This document shows positions 37,725-47,931 of a DNA stretch of 64,000 bases, one piece after another. Origin of the DNA: Thermoanaerobaculia bacterium (GTDB lineage Bacteria; Acidobacteriota; Thermoanaerobaculia; UBA5066; Gp7-AA6); NCBI GenBank assembly GCA_046716885.1, contig JBKJWL010000054.1, positions 8,708-72,707 of the forward strand, in the 5' to 3' direction. Each line of letters opens with the position of its first letter. Within the stretch, counting starts at the first letter, position 1. The notes under the pieces were generated by a model. That model worked only from the letters and a program-made list of their open reading frames with translations. It was not told the origin of the DNA and did no database searches. The translations under genes were made by a program, and so were the position numbers.

Positions 37725-38144
37725 ATGGAAGAGAACGACCAGGACGCGAGAACGGTGGTCTCGATCTCTCCGACGCGGCGGCGCAAGGCCGCGCCCCGCA
37801 AGCCTGCGGCGGCGCGCAAGCCCGCCAAAACCCCGGCGCGCCGCAGGGCCCCGGCCCGGCGGAAGTCTGCGCCGAAGGCGGCTTCCTTCGAAACGGTGAT
37901 CCGGTCGATCACTAGGGGAGTGACCATTGCGCGCGCGGCGATCGCCGAAGCATCCGGCCAGGGCGTGGCCGCCATGCGCCGCGCCGTCGGGGATGCGTCG
38001 AAAGTCTCCCGCAAGACGGTCAAGCGCCTGGCCGCCGAGTGGAAGACGATGGACCCGAAGAAGAAGGCCGGCATGCTCGCCGCGCTGCTCGGGGCGGCCG
38101 CGGCCGCCTCGGCGCCGCTCGTGCGCAAGAGCTTCAAGAAGTAG
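37725..38144 (+). CDS. Lys/Arg/Ala-rich basic hypothetical protein
   Basis: GAGG SD; KAAPRKPAAARKPAK repeats; hydrophobic C-terminal segment. Confidence 0.65.
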   Translation: MEENDQDARTVVSISPTRRRKAAPRKPAAARKPAKTPARRRAPARRKSAPKAASFETVIRSITRGVTIARAAIAEASGQGVAAMRRAVGDASKVSRKTVKRLAAEWKTMDPKKKAGMLAALLGAAAAASAPLVRKSFKK

Positions 38145-38145
38145 C

Positions 38146-40794
38146 GTGGCGGGACGCGGGCAATCGCGGCGGCCCTCTTCCGGCCGGAGAGGGAGAAGGA
38201 CGGTTGCGGTCCTCGCGCTCCTCGTCTTCGTTGTCGCGCCCGCGGCTGCGCGCGCGGCAGAGCCGGCGGCCCCTTCCTATGCGCTGAGTCCCCCGACGGC
38301 GGGCGGCCTCGAGGCGGTCGACCGGATGCTGCGCCGCCTGGCGACGCACCGGCGCCTCCTCGTGGTCGCGGCGCACCCGGATGACGAGGACACGGAGCTG
38401 CTCGCGGCGGTGGCGCAGGGCATGGGGGGCGAGGCGGCTTACCTCTCCCTCTCGCGCGGCGAAGGCGGCCAGAACCTCGTCGGGCCAGACCTCGGCGTGG
38501 GGCTCGGGCTCGTGCGCTCGCAGGAGCTCTCCGCGGCGCGGCGGCTCGACGGCGCCCGCCAGTTCTTCACGCGCGCCTACGACTTCGGGTTCACCCGCTC
38601 CCTGGAGGAGACGCTGGAGAAGTGGCCCCGCGAGGTTCTGCTCGAGGACGCCGTGCGGGTCCTGCGCCGGTTCCGCCCGCAGGTCGTCGTCACGATCTTC
38701 TCGGGCACCGCGCGCGACGGTCACGGCCAGCATCAGGCTTCCGCCATGATCGCGCGGGAGGCCTACCGCGCGGCGGGCGATCGGGCGGCCGCCACGCAGC
38801 TCGCCGCCGAGGGCCTGACGCCCTGGCAGCCGCGCGCGCTGTACCGCAATACGGCGTGGTTCGACAAGGAGGAGACGACGGCCGTGGTGCCGACGGGCGG
38901 GGTCGACCCGCTGACGGGGCGCTCCTTCTACCAGATCGCGATGGCCAGCCGCAGCCTCCACCGCTCACAGGACATGGGCGTCCTCCAGGAGCCGGGGCCG
39001 CAGGAGACCGCAGTGGGCTGGGTCGACGGCGGGGCGGGTCGCGAGGGCAAGGACCTCTTCGCCGGGGTGGACACGCGCCTGTCGGCGATCGCCGCGGAGA
39101 TCGCCGACCCCGCTCGACGCGCGGAGGTGGAGAAGCGGCTCGGCCGCGTGGAACGGCTGGCCGCCGAGGCCCGGGGCCGGCTTTCTCCCCCGGAGCTGGC
39201 GGCGATCGTGCCGATGCTCGCGAAAGCGCTCGCGGAGCTGCGCGCGGCGCGCGGGCTCATCCGGGCCGGCGACGGCGGGGCCGCGATGCTCATCGACGAG
39301 AAGCTCGTCCTCGCGCAGGGGGCGTTGGCCGCGGCCGCGGGCGTCACGCTCGACGCGCTCGCGGAACGCGAGGTCGCCGTGCCGGGCGAGGCGGTCGAAG
39401 TCACGGCCGCCGTCTGGAACGCCGGCACGGAGCCCGTGTCCGTGACGAGCGTCTCGCTCACGAGCGCCGACGGGTGGAGCCACGGCGAGCCGGCCGCCGG
39501 CCGCTCCGTCGCGTCCGGGAAGCTCGAGGAGTGGAAGTTGAGCGCGGCGGTGCCGAGCGATGCCCGGCCTACCCTTCCCTACTTTCTGTATCGGCCTCTC
39601 GCCGGCTCGCTCTACGACTGGAGCCAGACCCCGGCGGCCGTGCGGGGCGAGCCGTTCCAGCCGGCTCCCCTGACGGCCGTCGTGAGTCTGACGATCGCGG
39701 GCGCCCCCGTGACCCTGGCGCGAGAAGTGTCCTTTCGCGGGCGCGACCAGGCGATCGGAGAGGTCCGCCGGCTCGTGCGCGCGGCTCCGGCCATCGACGT
39801 CGCGGTGGATCCGGAGCTCTCCGTGTGGCCCCTCGCGAGCCCGGAGAGGCACATCGAGATCACCCTGACCTCCAACGCTTCCCGCCCACTCGCCGGGCGC
39901 CTCGAGATCACGCCTCCGCCGGGATGGCCCGCTCCCCCGCCGCGCCCCTTCTCGCTCGGCAAGCGGGGCGAGCGGCAGTTCTTCGACGTCCCGGTGCGGG
40001 CGCCCTCGCCGCTCCCCCCGGGGCGCTACGCCCTCCGTGCGGCCGCGGTGCTCGAGAGCGGCGAGCGGATGGAGCTCGGCATCCGCGCGCTCGACTACGG
40101 CTACATCCCGCTGACGCCCATGCCGGAGACGGCCCAGGTCGCAATCTCCGCGGCCGACATCCGCTTCCCGGCCCTGCGCCGCGTCGGATACGTGCGCGGC
40201 GCCGCGGACCGCGTGCCCGAGGCGCTGACCGCCGTCGGCCTGCCCCTGGAGATCCTGACGGAGCGCGATCTGCTCGTGGGGGACCTCTCGCGCTACGATG
40301 CGATCCTCATCGGCAGCCGGGCGTACGAGACCGACCGGACCCTCGTGCGCGCCAACGCTCGGCTCCTCGACTACGCGCGCGAAGGCGGCTTGCTGATCGT
40401 GCAGTACCAGCAATACCCTTTCGTACAGGGCGGGTTCGCGCCCTTTCCGATCGAGATCGCGAGGCCCCACGACCGCGTCACCGACGAGACGGCGAAAGTG
40501 GCCCTTCTCGATCCGTCGAGCCCCGCCTTCGATACGCCCAACCAGATCGGGCCGGCGGACTGGGACGGCTGGGTGCAGGAGCGTGGCCTCTACTTCGCGC
40601 ACACCTGGGCGCCGGAGTACACGCCGCTGCTCGCGATGAACGATCCCGGGAGTCCGGAGCTCAAGGGCGCCGTGCTGACCGCGAAGCTGGGAAAGGGCCG
40701 GTACGTCTACACCGGACTCGCGTTCTTCCGCCAGCTTCCCGCCGGAGTCACCGGCGCCTACCGCCTACTCGCCAACCTGCTCGCGTGGCGTTGA
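38146..40794 (+). CDS. PIG-L/LmbE family deacetylase with NEW3 and C-terminal GATase-like domains
   Basis: AAHPDDE, RGEGGQN, DFGF, HGQH, SRS.H.SQ, WVQERGLYF, FFRQLPAGV.GAYRL. Confidence 0.9.
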   Translation: MAGRGQSRRPSSGRRGRRTVAVLALLVFVVAPAAARAAEPAAPSYALSPPTAGGLEAVDRMLRRLATHRRLLVVAAHPDDEDTELLAAVAQGMGGEAAYLSLSRGEGGQNLVGPDLGVGLGLVRSQELSAARRLDGARQFFTRAYDFGFTRSLEETLEKWPREVLLEDAVRVLRRFRPQVVVTIFSGTARDGHGQHQASAMIAREAYRAAGDRAAATQLAAEGLTPWQPRALYRNTAWFDKEETTAVVPTGGVDPLTGRSFYQIAMASRSLHRSQDMGVLQEPGPQETAVGWVDGGAGREGKDLFAGVDTRLSAIAAEIADPARRAEVEKRLGRVERLAAEARGRLSPPELAAIVPMLAKALAELRAARGLIRAGDGGAAMLIDEKLVLAQGALAAAAGVTLDALAEREVAVPGEAVEVTAAVWNAGTEPVSVTSVSLTSADGWSHGEPAAGRSVASGKLEEWKLSAAVPSDARPTLPYFLYRPLAGSLYDWSQTPAAVRGEPFQPAPLTAVVSLTIAGAPVTLAREVSFRGRDQAIGEVRRLVRAAPAIDVAVDPELSVWPLASPERHIEITLTSNASRPLAGRLEITPPPGWPAPPPRPFSLGKRGERQFFDVPVRAPSPLPPGRYALRAAAVLESGERMELGIRALDYGYIPLTPMPETAQVAISAADIRFPALRRVGYVRGAADRVPEALTAVGLPLEILTERDLLVGDLSRYDAILIGSRAYETDRTLVRANARLLDYAREGGLLIVQYQQYPFVQGGFAPFPIEIARPHDRVTDETAKVALLDPSSPAFDTPNQIGPADWDGWVQERGLYFAHTWAPEYTPLLAMNDPGSPELKGAVLTAKLGKGRYVYTGLAFFRQLPAGVTGAYRLLANLLAWR

Positions 40795-40861
40795 CGGCAC
40801 GGCGCCGCGTGAGAAAATCCGCCCGGATCACAACCGCTTTTCAAGGAGGAACCCTGTGAGA

Positions 40862-41686
40862 ATGACCCGCATCACCGCCACTGTTCTGTTCGCCGCCGCC
40901 ACGACGGCTTCCGCGCAATTCGAGGGCGTCGCCGACTTCAAGGTCACGACGAACGCCGGCCAGGGACAGTCCGTCAACGGCACCGGCAAGATGTACGTGT
41001 CGCCCCGGGCCTACCGCTCGGAATTCGAGATGCAGATGACCGGCGCCGGCGGCGGCAAAGACTCGCGCAAGGGCGCGCCGGCCGCGATGAAGATGACGAT
41101 GTTCTCGAAGCTCTCGGAACCGGACCGGCTCTACATGTTGAACGACGCCGCCAGGACCTACTCAATCTGGGACCTGTCCAAGAGCCGCGAGGACATGAAG
41201 AACGCCCCGAAGGAAACCTACACGGTCAAGAAGCTCGGGAAAGAGACGGTCGCCGGGCTCTCGTGCCAGAACGCGCTCCTGACCTCGTCCAAGGGGGACG
41301 AGATCGAAGCCTGCGTCTCCCGCGACTTCGCCGCTTCGAGCGACTGGATCGCCGCCATGAACCGCGGCGACCCGGCCTCCGGATCCTGGATCCACTCCCT
41401 CAAGAGCGCCGGAATCGAGGGCTTTCCCGTCCGCTGGTCGACGCGGAGCAAGGGCAGCAAGGACGCGACCATGACGATGGAGCTGACCCGGGTGGAGAAG
41501 AAATCGCTTCCCGCCTCGCTCTTCGAGGTGCCCGCGGGCTACAAGCAAAGCGAAACGGCGATGGGCGGGCTGACCCCGGAGCAACAGAAGTCGATCGACG
41601 ACGCGCTCAAGAACCTGACCCCCGAGCAGCGCAAGGCCTACGAAGACGGCATGAAGCGGTACGCGCAGCCCACGCCGAAGCCCTAG
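40862..41686 (+). CDS. DUF4412 domain secreted protein
   Basis: AQFEG, GKETVAG.SC, GFP, LPASLFEVPAGY. Confidence 0.8.
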   Translation: MTRITATVLFAAATTASAQFEGVADFKVTTNAGQGQSVNGTGKMYVSPRAYRSEFEMQMTGAGGGKDSRKGAPAAMKMTMFSKLSEPDRLYMLNDAARTYSIWDLSKSREDMKNAPKETYTVKKLGKETVAGLSCQNALLTSSKGDEIEACVSRDFAASSDWIAAMNRGDPASGSWIHSLKSAGIEGFPVRWSTRSKGSKDATMTMELTRVEKKSLPASLFEVPAGYKQSETAMGGLTPEQQKSIDDALKNLTPEQRKAYEDGMKRYAQPTPKP

Positions 41687-41695
41687 CCGGGAGCT

Positions 41696-41793
41696 GGGGT
41701 CAGGTCTGGACTCTGTCCTTTCGACGCGGCGACGGGACGAAAAGAAGTCCTGACCTGACACTCGGTTCGGACCGGCCCACCAGACCTGACCCC
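41696..41793. repeat. palindromic REP/MITE-like element
   Basis: 14-bp inverted repeat GGGGTCAGGTCTGG...CCAGACCTGACCCC between convergent genes. Confidence 0.8.
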
Positions 41794-42180
41794 CTACCAG
41801 ATCGTCCGGAGTCCGATCCTTCCGCGCAGGCGCGCGTCCTTGCTGACGACGGGGGAACGGTTCTCGAGGGCCGAGGCGGCAATCATCCGATCCGCCGGGT
41901 CGCCGGGAAAATCCTCCGGCAGCCGCGAGGCGGCGACGGCAGTCGCGGGCGACAGGGGAAGCGTCACGACGCGCGGGAGCGCGAGGGCCTGGCGGAGCCA
42001 GACGAGGACGTCGCGATCGAGCTGGAGGCGCCCTTTCGCGACGAGCATCGCAACTTCCCAGCAGCTGATCGCCGACACGCCGAGGCTTTCTGCCTGCGCG
42101 ATCGCCTCGCGCGCTCGCACCGACAGTCGCCGGGGCTCCGCCGCCCACCAGATCCACGCGTGCGTGTCGAGGACGATCAT
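41794..42180 (-). CDS. vapC: VapC family PIN toxin
   Basis: MIVLDTHAWIW, SAISCWE, DPADRMIAA, VSKD. Confidence 0.92.
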   Translation of the reverse strand: MIVLDTHAWIWWAAEPRRLSVRAREAIAQAESLGVSAISCWEVAMLVAKGRLQLDRDVLVWLRQALALPRVVTLPLSPATAVAASRLPEDFPGDPADRMIAASALENRSPVVSKDARLRGRIGLRTIW

Positions 42181-42401
42181 TCCGCGGCGTTCCACGCGTC
42201 GCCGATGGGCGAGATCAGATCGCCCTCGCGCACCACACTGCCGGAGAGACCGGGCGGCGCCTCCACGGGCACGACCCGGGCGACCGGTTTGCCGCGCTTG
42301 GTGACGAGGAGCTCGATTCCGCTCTCGGCGACTTCGTCGAGCAACGCCAGGCACCGGGCCTTGAACTCCCCCGCGGCCACCGTGCCTTTGCTTCTGACCA
42401 T
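42177..42401 (-). CDS. Phd/YefM family antitoxin
   Basis: AAGEFKARCLALLDEV...VTKRGKPVARVVP; ATGA overlap with the toxin; TATAAT upstream. Confidence 0.9.
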   Translation of the reverse strand: MVRSKGTVAAGEFKARCLALLDEVAESGIELLVTKRGKPVARVVPVEAPPGLSGSVVREGDLISPIGDAWNAAE

Positions 42402-42452
42402 GGTCATATGATTATAGTCGTAAGTCAGCCCGGCTGCTAACATCTCCCGGCC

Positions 42453-43508
42453 ATGCCGCTGCGCCCATTTCGCCTCCCGATCGCTTCCTTTCTTATTGTC
42501 GTCGCGACTTGCGCCCTGGCCGCGTGCCGCCGCGACGCGCGCACTCCGCTCGTTCTCTATTCGCCGCACGGGCGGGACCTGCTCGGGCTGATCGAGCGCG
42601 AGTTCGAGCGCGCGCATCCGGACGTGGACGTGCGGTGGCTCGACATGGGCTCACAGGAGGTCTACGACCGCCTGCGGTCGGAGAAGGCGAACCCGCAGGC
42701 CGACGTCTGGTACGGCGGACCCGACACGATCTTCTCGCGAGGCGCGCGGGAAGGGCTCCTCGCCGCGTACCGCCCGTCCTGGGCCGACGCGGTCGCGCCC
42801 GAAAGCCGGCACGCGGATGACCTCTACTTCGGCCTCTACCGCACGCCGGCGATGCCGGTCTACAACTCCGCCGCGATCCCGGCCGCCGAAGCCCCGAAGG
42901 AATGGGACGACCTGCTCGAGCCGAAGTGGAAGGGCAAGATCCTGATCCGCGATCCACTCGCCTCCGGCACCATGCGCGCGGTCTGGGGCTACATCCTCTC
43001 GAAGTCCGTGCGCGAGACCGGCTCGCCCGAGCGCGGCTTCCAGTGGCTCGCGAGGCTCGACGCGCAAACGAAGGAATACGTCTTCAACCCCATCCTCCTG
43101 TACGAGAAGATCGTGCGGCAGGAGGGACTTCTCACCATCTGGGACCTTCCCGACACGCTGCTCGAGCGGCAACGCGGCTCGCCCCTCCAGTATGTCTTTC
43201 CGAAAAGCGGCACGCCCGTCATCGACGACGCGGTGGGCCTCGTGGCGGGCAGCCGGCACGCGGCCGTCGCGAAGCAGTTCATCGACTTCCTCGGCGAGAA
43301 ACCCATCCAGGTGCTGGCCGCGGAAAAGACGTTCCGGCTGCCGGCGCGCACCGACCTCGGCAACGCGCTGCCGGAGTGGGCCCTGGAGATTGAGCGCGAG
43401 ATGGTGCCGGCCGAGGTCGATTGGGACCTCGTCGGGAAAGAGGGCTCCGCGTGGATGGCTACCTGGGATCGGACGATCCGGGGCAAAGGGGCGGCCCTCG
43501 CGCGCTGA
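42453..43508 (+). CDS. ABC transporter substrate-binding lipoprotein (Fe3+/thiamine class)
   Basis: LAAC lipobox; RLRSEKANPQADVWYGG; WDDLL.PKWKGKI..DP..SGT. Confidence 0.9.
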   Translation: MPLRPFRLPIASFLIVVATCALAACRRDARTPLVLYSPHGRDLLGLIEREFERAHPDVDVRWLDMGSQEVYDRLRSEKANPQADVWYGGPDTIFSRGAREGLLAAYRPSWADAVAPESRHADDLYFGLYRTPAMPVYNSAAIPAAEAPKEWDDLLEPKWKGKILIRDPLASGTMRAVWGYILSKSVRETGSPERGFQWLARLDAQTKEYVFNPILLYEKIVRQEGLLTIWDLPDTLLERQRGSPLQYVFPKSGTPVIDDAVGLVAGSRHAAVAKQFIDFLGEKPIQVLAAEKTFRLPARTDLGNALPEWALEIEREMVPAEVDWDLVGKEGSAWMATWDRTIRGKGAALAR

Positions 43509-43558
43509 CGGGCGCCGCGCAACTGCCCGCGGCGGTTTGAGATAAGTTCTGCGGGCCG

Positions 43559-44611
43559 ATGCCCGACTTTCTCCGGCTCGAGTCGCTCGAGAAGCGCTTC
43601 GGCGACTTCACCGCGACGCGCGGCGTCTCGCTCGCGGCTAAGAAGGGCGAGATCGTGGCGCTGCTGGGCCCCTCGGGCAGCGGCAAGACGACGGTCCTGC
43701 GGCTGACTGCGGGCTTCGAGAGGCCGGACGCAGGAAGGATCCTCGTCGAAGGGGAAGACGTGACCTCCGTCGCTCCCGAGCGCCGGAACTTCGGCATGGT
43801 CTTTCAGCACTACGCGCTGTTTCCGCACATGACGGTCGGGGAAAACGTCGCCTTCGGACTTTCGAGCCGCCGGGCGGACCGGCGCGAGATCGCCGCCCGC
43901 GTGGCGGAGGTCCTGGCGCTGACCGACCTCGCGGGCTTTGCGGACCGACGCGTGACCGCCCTGTCCGGCGGGCAGCAGCAGCGGGTCGCGCTGGCGCGCG
44001 CTCTGGCCCCGTCCCCGCGTGTCCTCCTGCTCGACGAGCCGCTCTCGAACCTGGATCCGTCGCTGCGCGAGAAGACGCGCCGCGAGCTGAAGCGCGCGAT
44101 CCGCAAGGTCGGAATCACGACCCTCTTCGTCACCCACGAGCAGGACGAGGCATTCGCGCTCGGCGACCGCGTCGCGGTCCTGAACGCGGGGCGCCTCGAG
44201 CAGGCAGGCAGCGCCGAGGAGCTCTTCGAGCAGCCGGCGACGCGTTTCGTGGCAACGTTCATCGGACGGTCGAGCGTGATCCCGGTCCGGTGGGAGATGG
44301 GCGCGCGCGTGCCGCGAGGCCCCGTGTGGCCGGCCGTGCCGGGGGCGCCGTTGCCGGAGGGCGCCGACGCGGATCTCGTCGTGAGGCCGGAGGCCCTGAC
44401 CTTCTCCGCGCGCGCCGTGCCGGAAGCCCTCGAAGGCACAGTCTCGGAGCGCCGCTACGCGGGCAGAGTCGCGTACTTTCTCGTCTCGACGGAGGCCGCG
44501 GGCGAGGTCGAGGTCCAGGCTCCCCCGAACGCCGCCCGCGAGGGCGAGCGCGTCCTCGTGATCCCGGTACCGGGCGGCCCGGTCCCGCGGGTTTTCCCGA
44601 GGGAGGCGTGA
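43559..44611 (+). CDS. ABC transporter ATP-binding protein (FbpC/PotA-like)
   Basis: GPSGSGKT, LSGGQQQR, LLLDEP, TOBE-like C-terminus. Confidence 0.95.
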   Translation: MPDFLRLESLEKRFGDFTATRGVSLAAKKGEIVALLGPSGSGKTTVLRLTAGFERPDAGRILVEGEDVTSVAPERRNFGMVFQHYALFPHMTVGENVAFGLSSRRADRREIAARVAEVLALTDLAGFADRRVTALSGGQQQRVALARALAPSPRVLLLDEPLSNLDPSLREKTRRELKRAIRKVGITTLFVTHEQDEAFALGDRVAVLNAGRLEQAGSAEELFEQPATRFVATFIGRSSVIPVRWEMGARVPRGPVWPAVPGAPLPEGADADLVVRPEALTFSARAVPEALEGTVSERRYAGRVAYFLVSTEAAGEVEVQAPPNAAREGERVLVIPVPGGPVPRVFPREA

Positions 44612-46260
44612 CCCCCGCCGCGCGCGCGCGCCGCTCCCCGGCTGCCGCCCTCCTTCTGCTCCTTCTCTTCTGGCTCGTGGGGTATCCGCTCCTCCTCACG
44701 CTCGCGGAGGCCCTCGGCGCGCCCCGGTGGACGCTCGAGCACTTCGCCGCATTCGCGCGGAGGGCCGCCGAGTGGCAGGCGCTGTGGGCGAGCCTCTGGA
44801 TCTCGCTCGCGACGGTGGCGCTCGCGGCCGCGATCGGCGTGCCGCTGGCCTTCCTCTTCGAACGCGCGGAGTTCCCCGGCCGGCGCATGCTCGGCACGCT
44901 CGTCGCGCTCCCCGTGGCGTTGCCTCCCCTGATCGGAGTCCTGGCTTTTCTCTTTCTCTACGGCGAGAGCGGCTTCGCCTCGCGGGCAGTGCAGGCGCTG
45001 CTCCGCCTCCAGCAGCCGCCCTGGCGGCTTTCGGGGCCCACGGCGATCCTCCTCGTGCACGCCTACTCGATGTACGTCTACTTCTATCTTTTCACCCGGG
45101 CGGGCCTGGCCCGCCTGGACGGCGCGTACCTGGAAGCCGCGGCCAGCCTCGGGGCTGGACGCGGCCGGACGGCCGCGAAGGTGACGCTGCCGCTCCTCGC
45201 GCCGGCGCTTTCCGGAGCGGCCCTGCTGACGTTCATGACGTCGCTTTCCTCGTTCAGCGCACCGTACGTCTTCGGCGGAAGCTTCCGGGTCATGACGACC
45301 CAGATCGTCGCCTCGAAGTTGAACGGCGACACGGGCCTGGCGATGGTCGAGACGGTCACGCTGGCCGCGATCGGGTTCATCGGGCTCTGGCTGCTGCGAC
45401 GGACCGAGCGCTCGCGAGAAGTCGCGGGCACGGTGCGCGGCGTGGCCCCGCGCCGGCGGCAGCTGTCCGGCGGACGCTGGGCCGTGGCGGCCGCCGGCTG
45501 GGCGCTCGCCGTCCTGCTCCTGCTTCCCCACGCCACGCTGATCCTGGTCTCCTTCGTTCCGCGCAACACGTGGACGATCGAGGCCCTCCCCCCGGTCCTC
45601 GACCTGCGCAACTACGCGGCTCTCCTTTCAGAGCCCGAGCGCCTGAGGCCGATCGTCAACTCGCTGTGGATGGCCTCGGCGGCGACGGCTGCCGCGATCG
45701 TGCTGGGATTTTCGGCGGCGGCGGTGGCGATCCGGCGGCGCGGGCGCACAGGCGCCGCGCTCGAGACGCTCGTGGCCGCGCCCTGGGCATTGCCCGGCAC
45801 GGTCTTCGCGATCGCGCTGGCGGCCGCGTTTAGCGTCGACGCGCCGTGGGCGGGACGGTTCGTCCTGGTGGGAACCGCGGCGATCCTTCCGCTCGGCTAT
45901 CTCGTAAGGAGCCTGCCCCTGACGGGGCGGGCCGCGTTCGCGGGACTGCGGCAGATGGATCCGGCTCTCGAGGAGGCCGCCGCCTCGCTCGGCGCCTCGC
46001 CCGCGCGACGCTTCCGCCGCGTGACGCTCCCGCACGTGCGCCCGGCCCTCGCCGCCGGCGCGAGCCTGGCGTTTCTCGCGGCCCTCGGCGACTTCGTCGT
46101 CTCGATCGTCCTCTACACCTACGAGACGCGGCCCATCTCGATCGAGATCCTCTCCTCGCTTCGCCTCCAGGAGATCGGCGTGGCGGCGGCCTACGGCGTG
46201 CTTCTGACGATCCTGTCCGCGGGGGCGTTCCTCGTCTGGGGAAGAGGGACGCAGGTCTAA
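44608..46260 (+). CDS. ABC transporter permease (FbpB-like, two EAA motifs)
   Basis: LEAAASLGA and EEAAASLGA; GTGA overlap with the ATPase gene. Confidence 0.92.
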   Translation: MTPAARARRSPAAALLLLLLFWLVGYPLLLTLAEALGAPRWTLEHFAAFARRAAEWQALWASLWISLATVALAAAIGVPLAFLFERAEFPGRRMLGTLVALPVALPPLIGVLAFLFLYGESGFASRAVQALLRLQQPPWRLSGPTAILLVHAYSMYVYFYLFTRAGLARLDGAYLEAAASLGAGRGRTAAKVTLPLLAPALSGAALLTFMTSLSSFSAPYVFGGSFRVMTTQIVASKLNGDTGLAMVETVTLAAIGFIGLWLLRRTERSREVAGTVRGVAPRRRQLSGGRWAVAAAGWALAVLLLLPHATLILVSFVPRNTWTIEALPPVLDLRNYAALLSEPERLRPIVNSLWMASAATAAAIVLGFSAAAVAIRRRGRTGAALETLVAAPWALPGTVFAIALAAAFSVDAPWAGRFVLVGTAAILPLGYLVRSLPLTGRAAFAGLRQMDPALEEAAASLGASPARRFRRVTLPHVRPALAAGASLAFLAALGDFVVSIVLYTYETRPISIEILSSLRLQEIGVAAAYGVLLTILSAGAFLVWGRGTQV

Positions 46261-46378
46261 CGCCCGCGGTCGCCCGACTCCCGCCTCAGAGCAGCAGCTC
46301 GAAGGACACGAGCGGCGTCTTCGGCATGTTACCCGGCCGACCTCCCGGGCAACTCATCGAAAAGCCGCCAAGATCCTC

Positions 46379-47887
46379 TCAGCGATCCACCACACGGGGC
46401 GCCGGATGCGGGGGCACGCGCTGGATTGCGACGTACGCGAAGGCGCCGGGACGCGTCGCCGCCGGGGCTCCGGGGTTGGACACGACGATGTCGACGATTC
46501 CCGGAGGATGCGCCGGCGCTCGCGCCGTCAGCGTGCTCGGGTTGAGAACGGTGACCACGGCCGGAGTCGATCCGAAGAACACCTGGGCGGCGCCGGTGAA
46601 ATTGGCCCCCGTGATCGTCACGATCGTCTGGCCTCGCGAGGGCGAGGAGGAGGGCGAGATCGTGTCGATCGTCGGGGTGATCGGGAGGCTCGCCCGCACC
46701 TTGAAGAGCGCGCCCGTTTCCGTCCCGAGGTAGAGCTCGCCGTCGGCGCCTTCGCCGAAGGTGGTCAGGCTCGGCGCCGTGATCGGAGCGAGCTCGGCCG
46801 TCCACACCGCGCCCTGACGCGTCGCGGCCCAGATCCGCCCCGAGCAGAAATCGCCGTAGACGTATCGGCCGTACAGGTCGGGGATGGATGCCCCGCGGTA
46901 GACGAAGCCGCCCGTGACCGAGCACTCGCCGCCGCTGTGGTCGTACTCCAGGATCGGCAGTATGTACTCGGGACTGTCGCAGGGGGGTGTCCCCAACGGA
47001 CATCCCGCCGTGTTCCCCTCCCCGCAGAGCGTCCCCTCCATCACCTTCCAGCCGTAGTTTTCTCCTCCCGGGCTGTCGACCAGCTGGAAGTCGATCTCCT
47101 CACGCCGTCCCTGGCCCACGTCTCCAATGAGCATGTCCCCGGTCACTCGGTCGAAGGAAAAACGCCAGGGATTGCGGAGACCGTTCGCCCACGCCTCCAG
47201 AGGACCGCCGGTCGACACGAAGGGATTGTCGGGCGGGATCCCGTAGAAAGGCGCGGTGTCGACGCTCTGGTCGACATCGATGCGCAGCATCTTGCCGAGC
47301 AGGGTCGAACTCGACTGCGCGTTACACGACGGGTCGTTGCCGCCGCCACCGTCGCCCATGCCGACGTAGAGGAAGCCATCGGGCCCGAACTGAAGCTGGC
47401 CTCCGTTGTGATTCGCTTCGGGTTGCTGGATGTTCAAGAGAACGGCCGCGCTGAACGGATCCGCCACGTTCGGGTCGGCCGTGACGTGATACCGGGCGAC
47501 GACCGTATCGCCGTTCAGGTCGGTGTAGTTGATGAAGAAGAACCCGTTCTGCGCGTAGAGGGGGTGGAACGCCGTCGAGAGCAGGCCCCGCTCTCCGCAA
47601 CAGGAGATGAGCGTCGAGACGTCGAGAAAAGGAGTGGGGAGCACCTGCGTGCCGTCCCAGATGAGGATCCGGCCACGCTGGAGCGTGAGGAAGAGGCGGG
47701 CATCACCAGTGTGGGTGATCCCCGTGATGCTCGTGAGACTGTCGGCCAGCGGCTCGAGCTCGACGGCCGGAGCCAGAGCGCGGTCAGCAGGCGCGGCCCC
47801 GGACGCGGCGCCACGGCTCTCCCGGGAGACGAGTGCGAACGCCGCCACCAGGAGAACCAACCCCGAAAAGGACGCCAGCTTCCGCAT
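46379..47887 (-). CDS. PQQ-dependent glucose/sorbosone dehydrogenase-like protein with IPT/TIG domain
   Basis: GERGLL..AFHP, NHNGG.LQFGPDG.LY...GDGG, GLRNPWRFSFD, DVGQ; C-terminal IPT domain. Confidence 0.92.
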   Translation of the reverse strand: MRKLASFSGLVLLVAAFALVSRESRGAASGAAPADRALAPAVELEPLADSLTSITGITHTGDARLFLTLQRGRILIWDGTQVLPTPFLDVSTLISCCGERGLLSTAFHPLYAQNGFFFINYTDLNGDTVVARYHVTADPNVADPFSAAVLLNIQQPEANHNGGQLQFGPDGFLYVGMGDGGGGNDPSCNAQSSSTLLGKMLRIDVDQSVDTAPFYGIPPDNPFVSTGGPLEAWANGLRNPWRFSFDRVTGDMLIGDVGQGRREEIDFQLVDSPGGENYGWKVMEGTLCGEGNTAGCPLGTPPCDSPEYILPILEYDHSGGECSVTGGFVYRGASIPDLYGRYVYGDFCSGRIWAATRQGAVWTAELAPITAPSLTTFGEGADGELYLGTETGALFKVRASLPITPTIDTISPSSSPSRGQTIVTITGANFTGAAQVFFGSTPAVVTVLNPSTLTARAPAHPPGIVDIVVSNPGAPAATRPGAFAYVAIQRVPPHPAPRVVDR

Positions 47888-47931
47888 TGCTCTCTGATGA
47901 TACGGCATCGAGAGGCGAATGGATCGCCGCG

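Noticed and set aside
46286-46327. Tiny minus-strand ORF MPKTPLVSFELLL
   Set aside because: Too short and without supporting signals; may be another remnant but cannot be supported.
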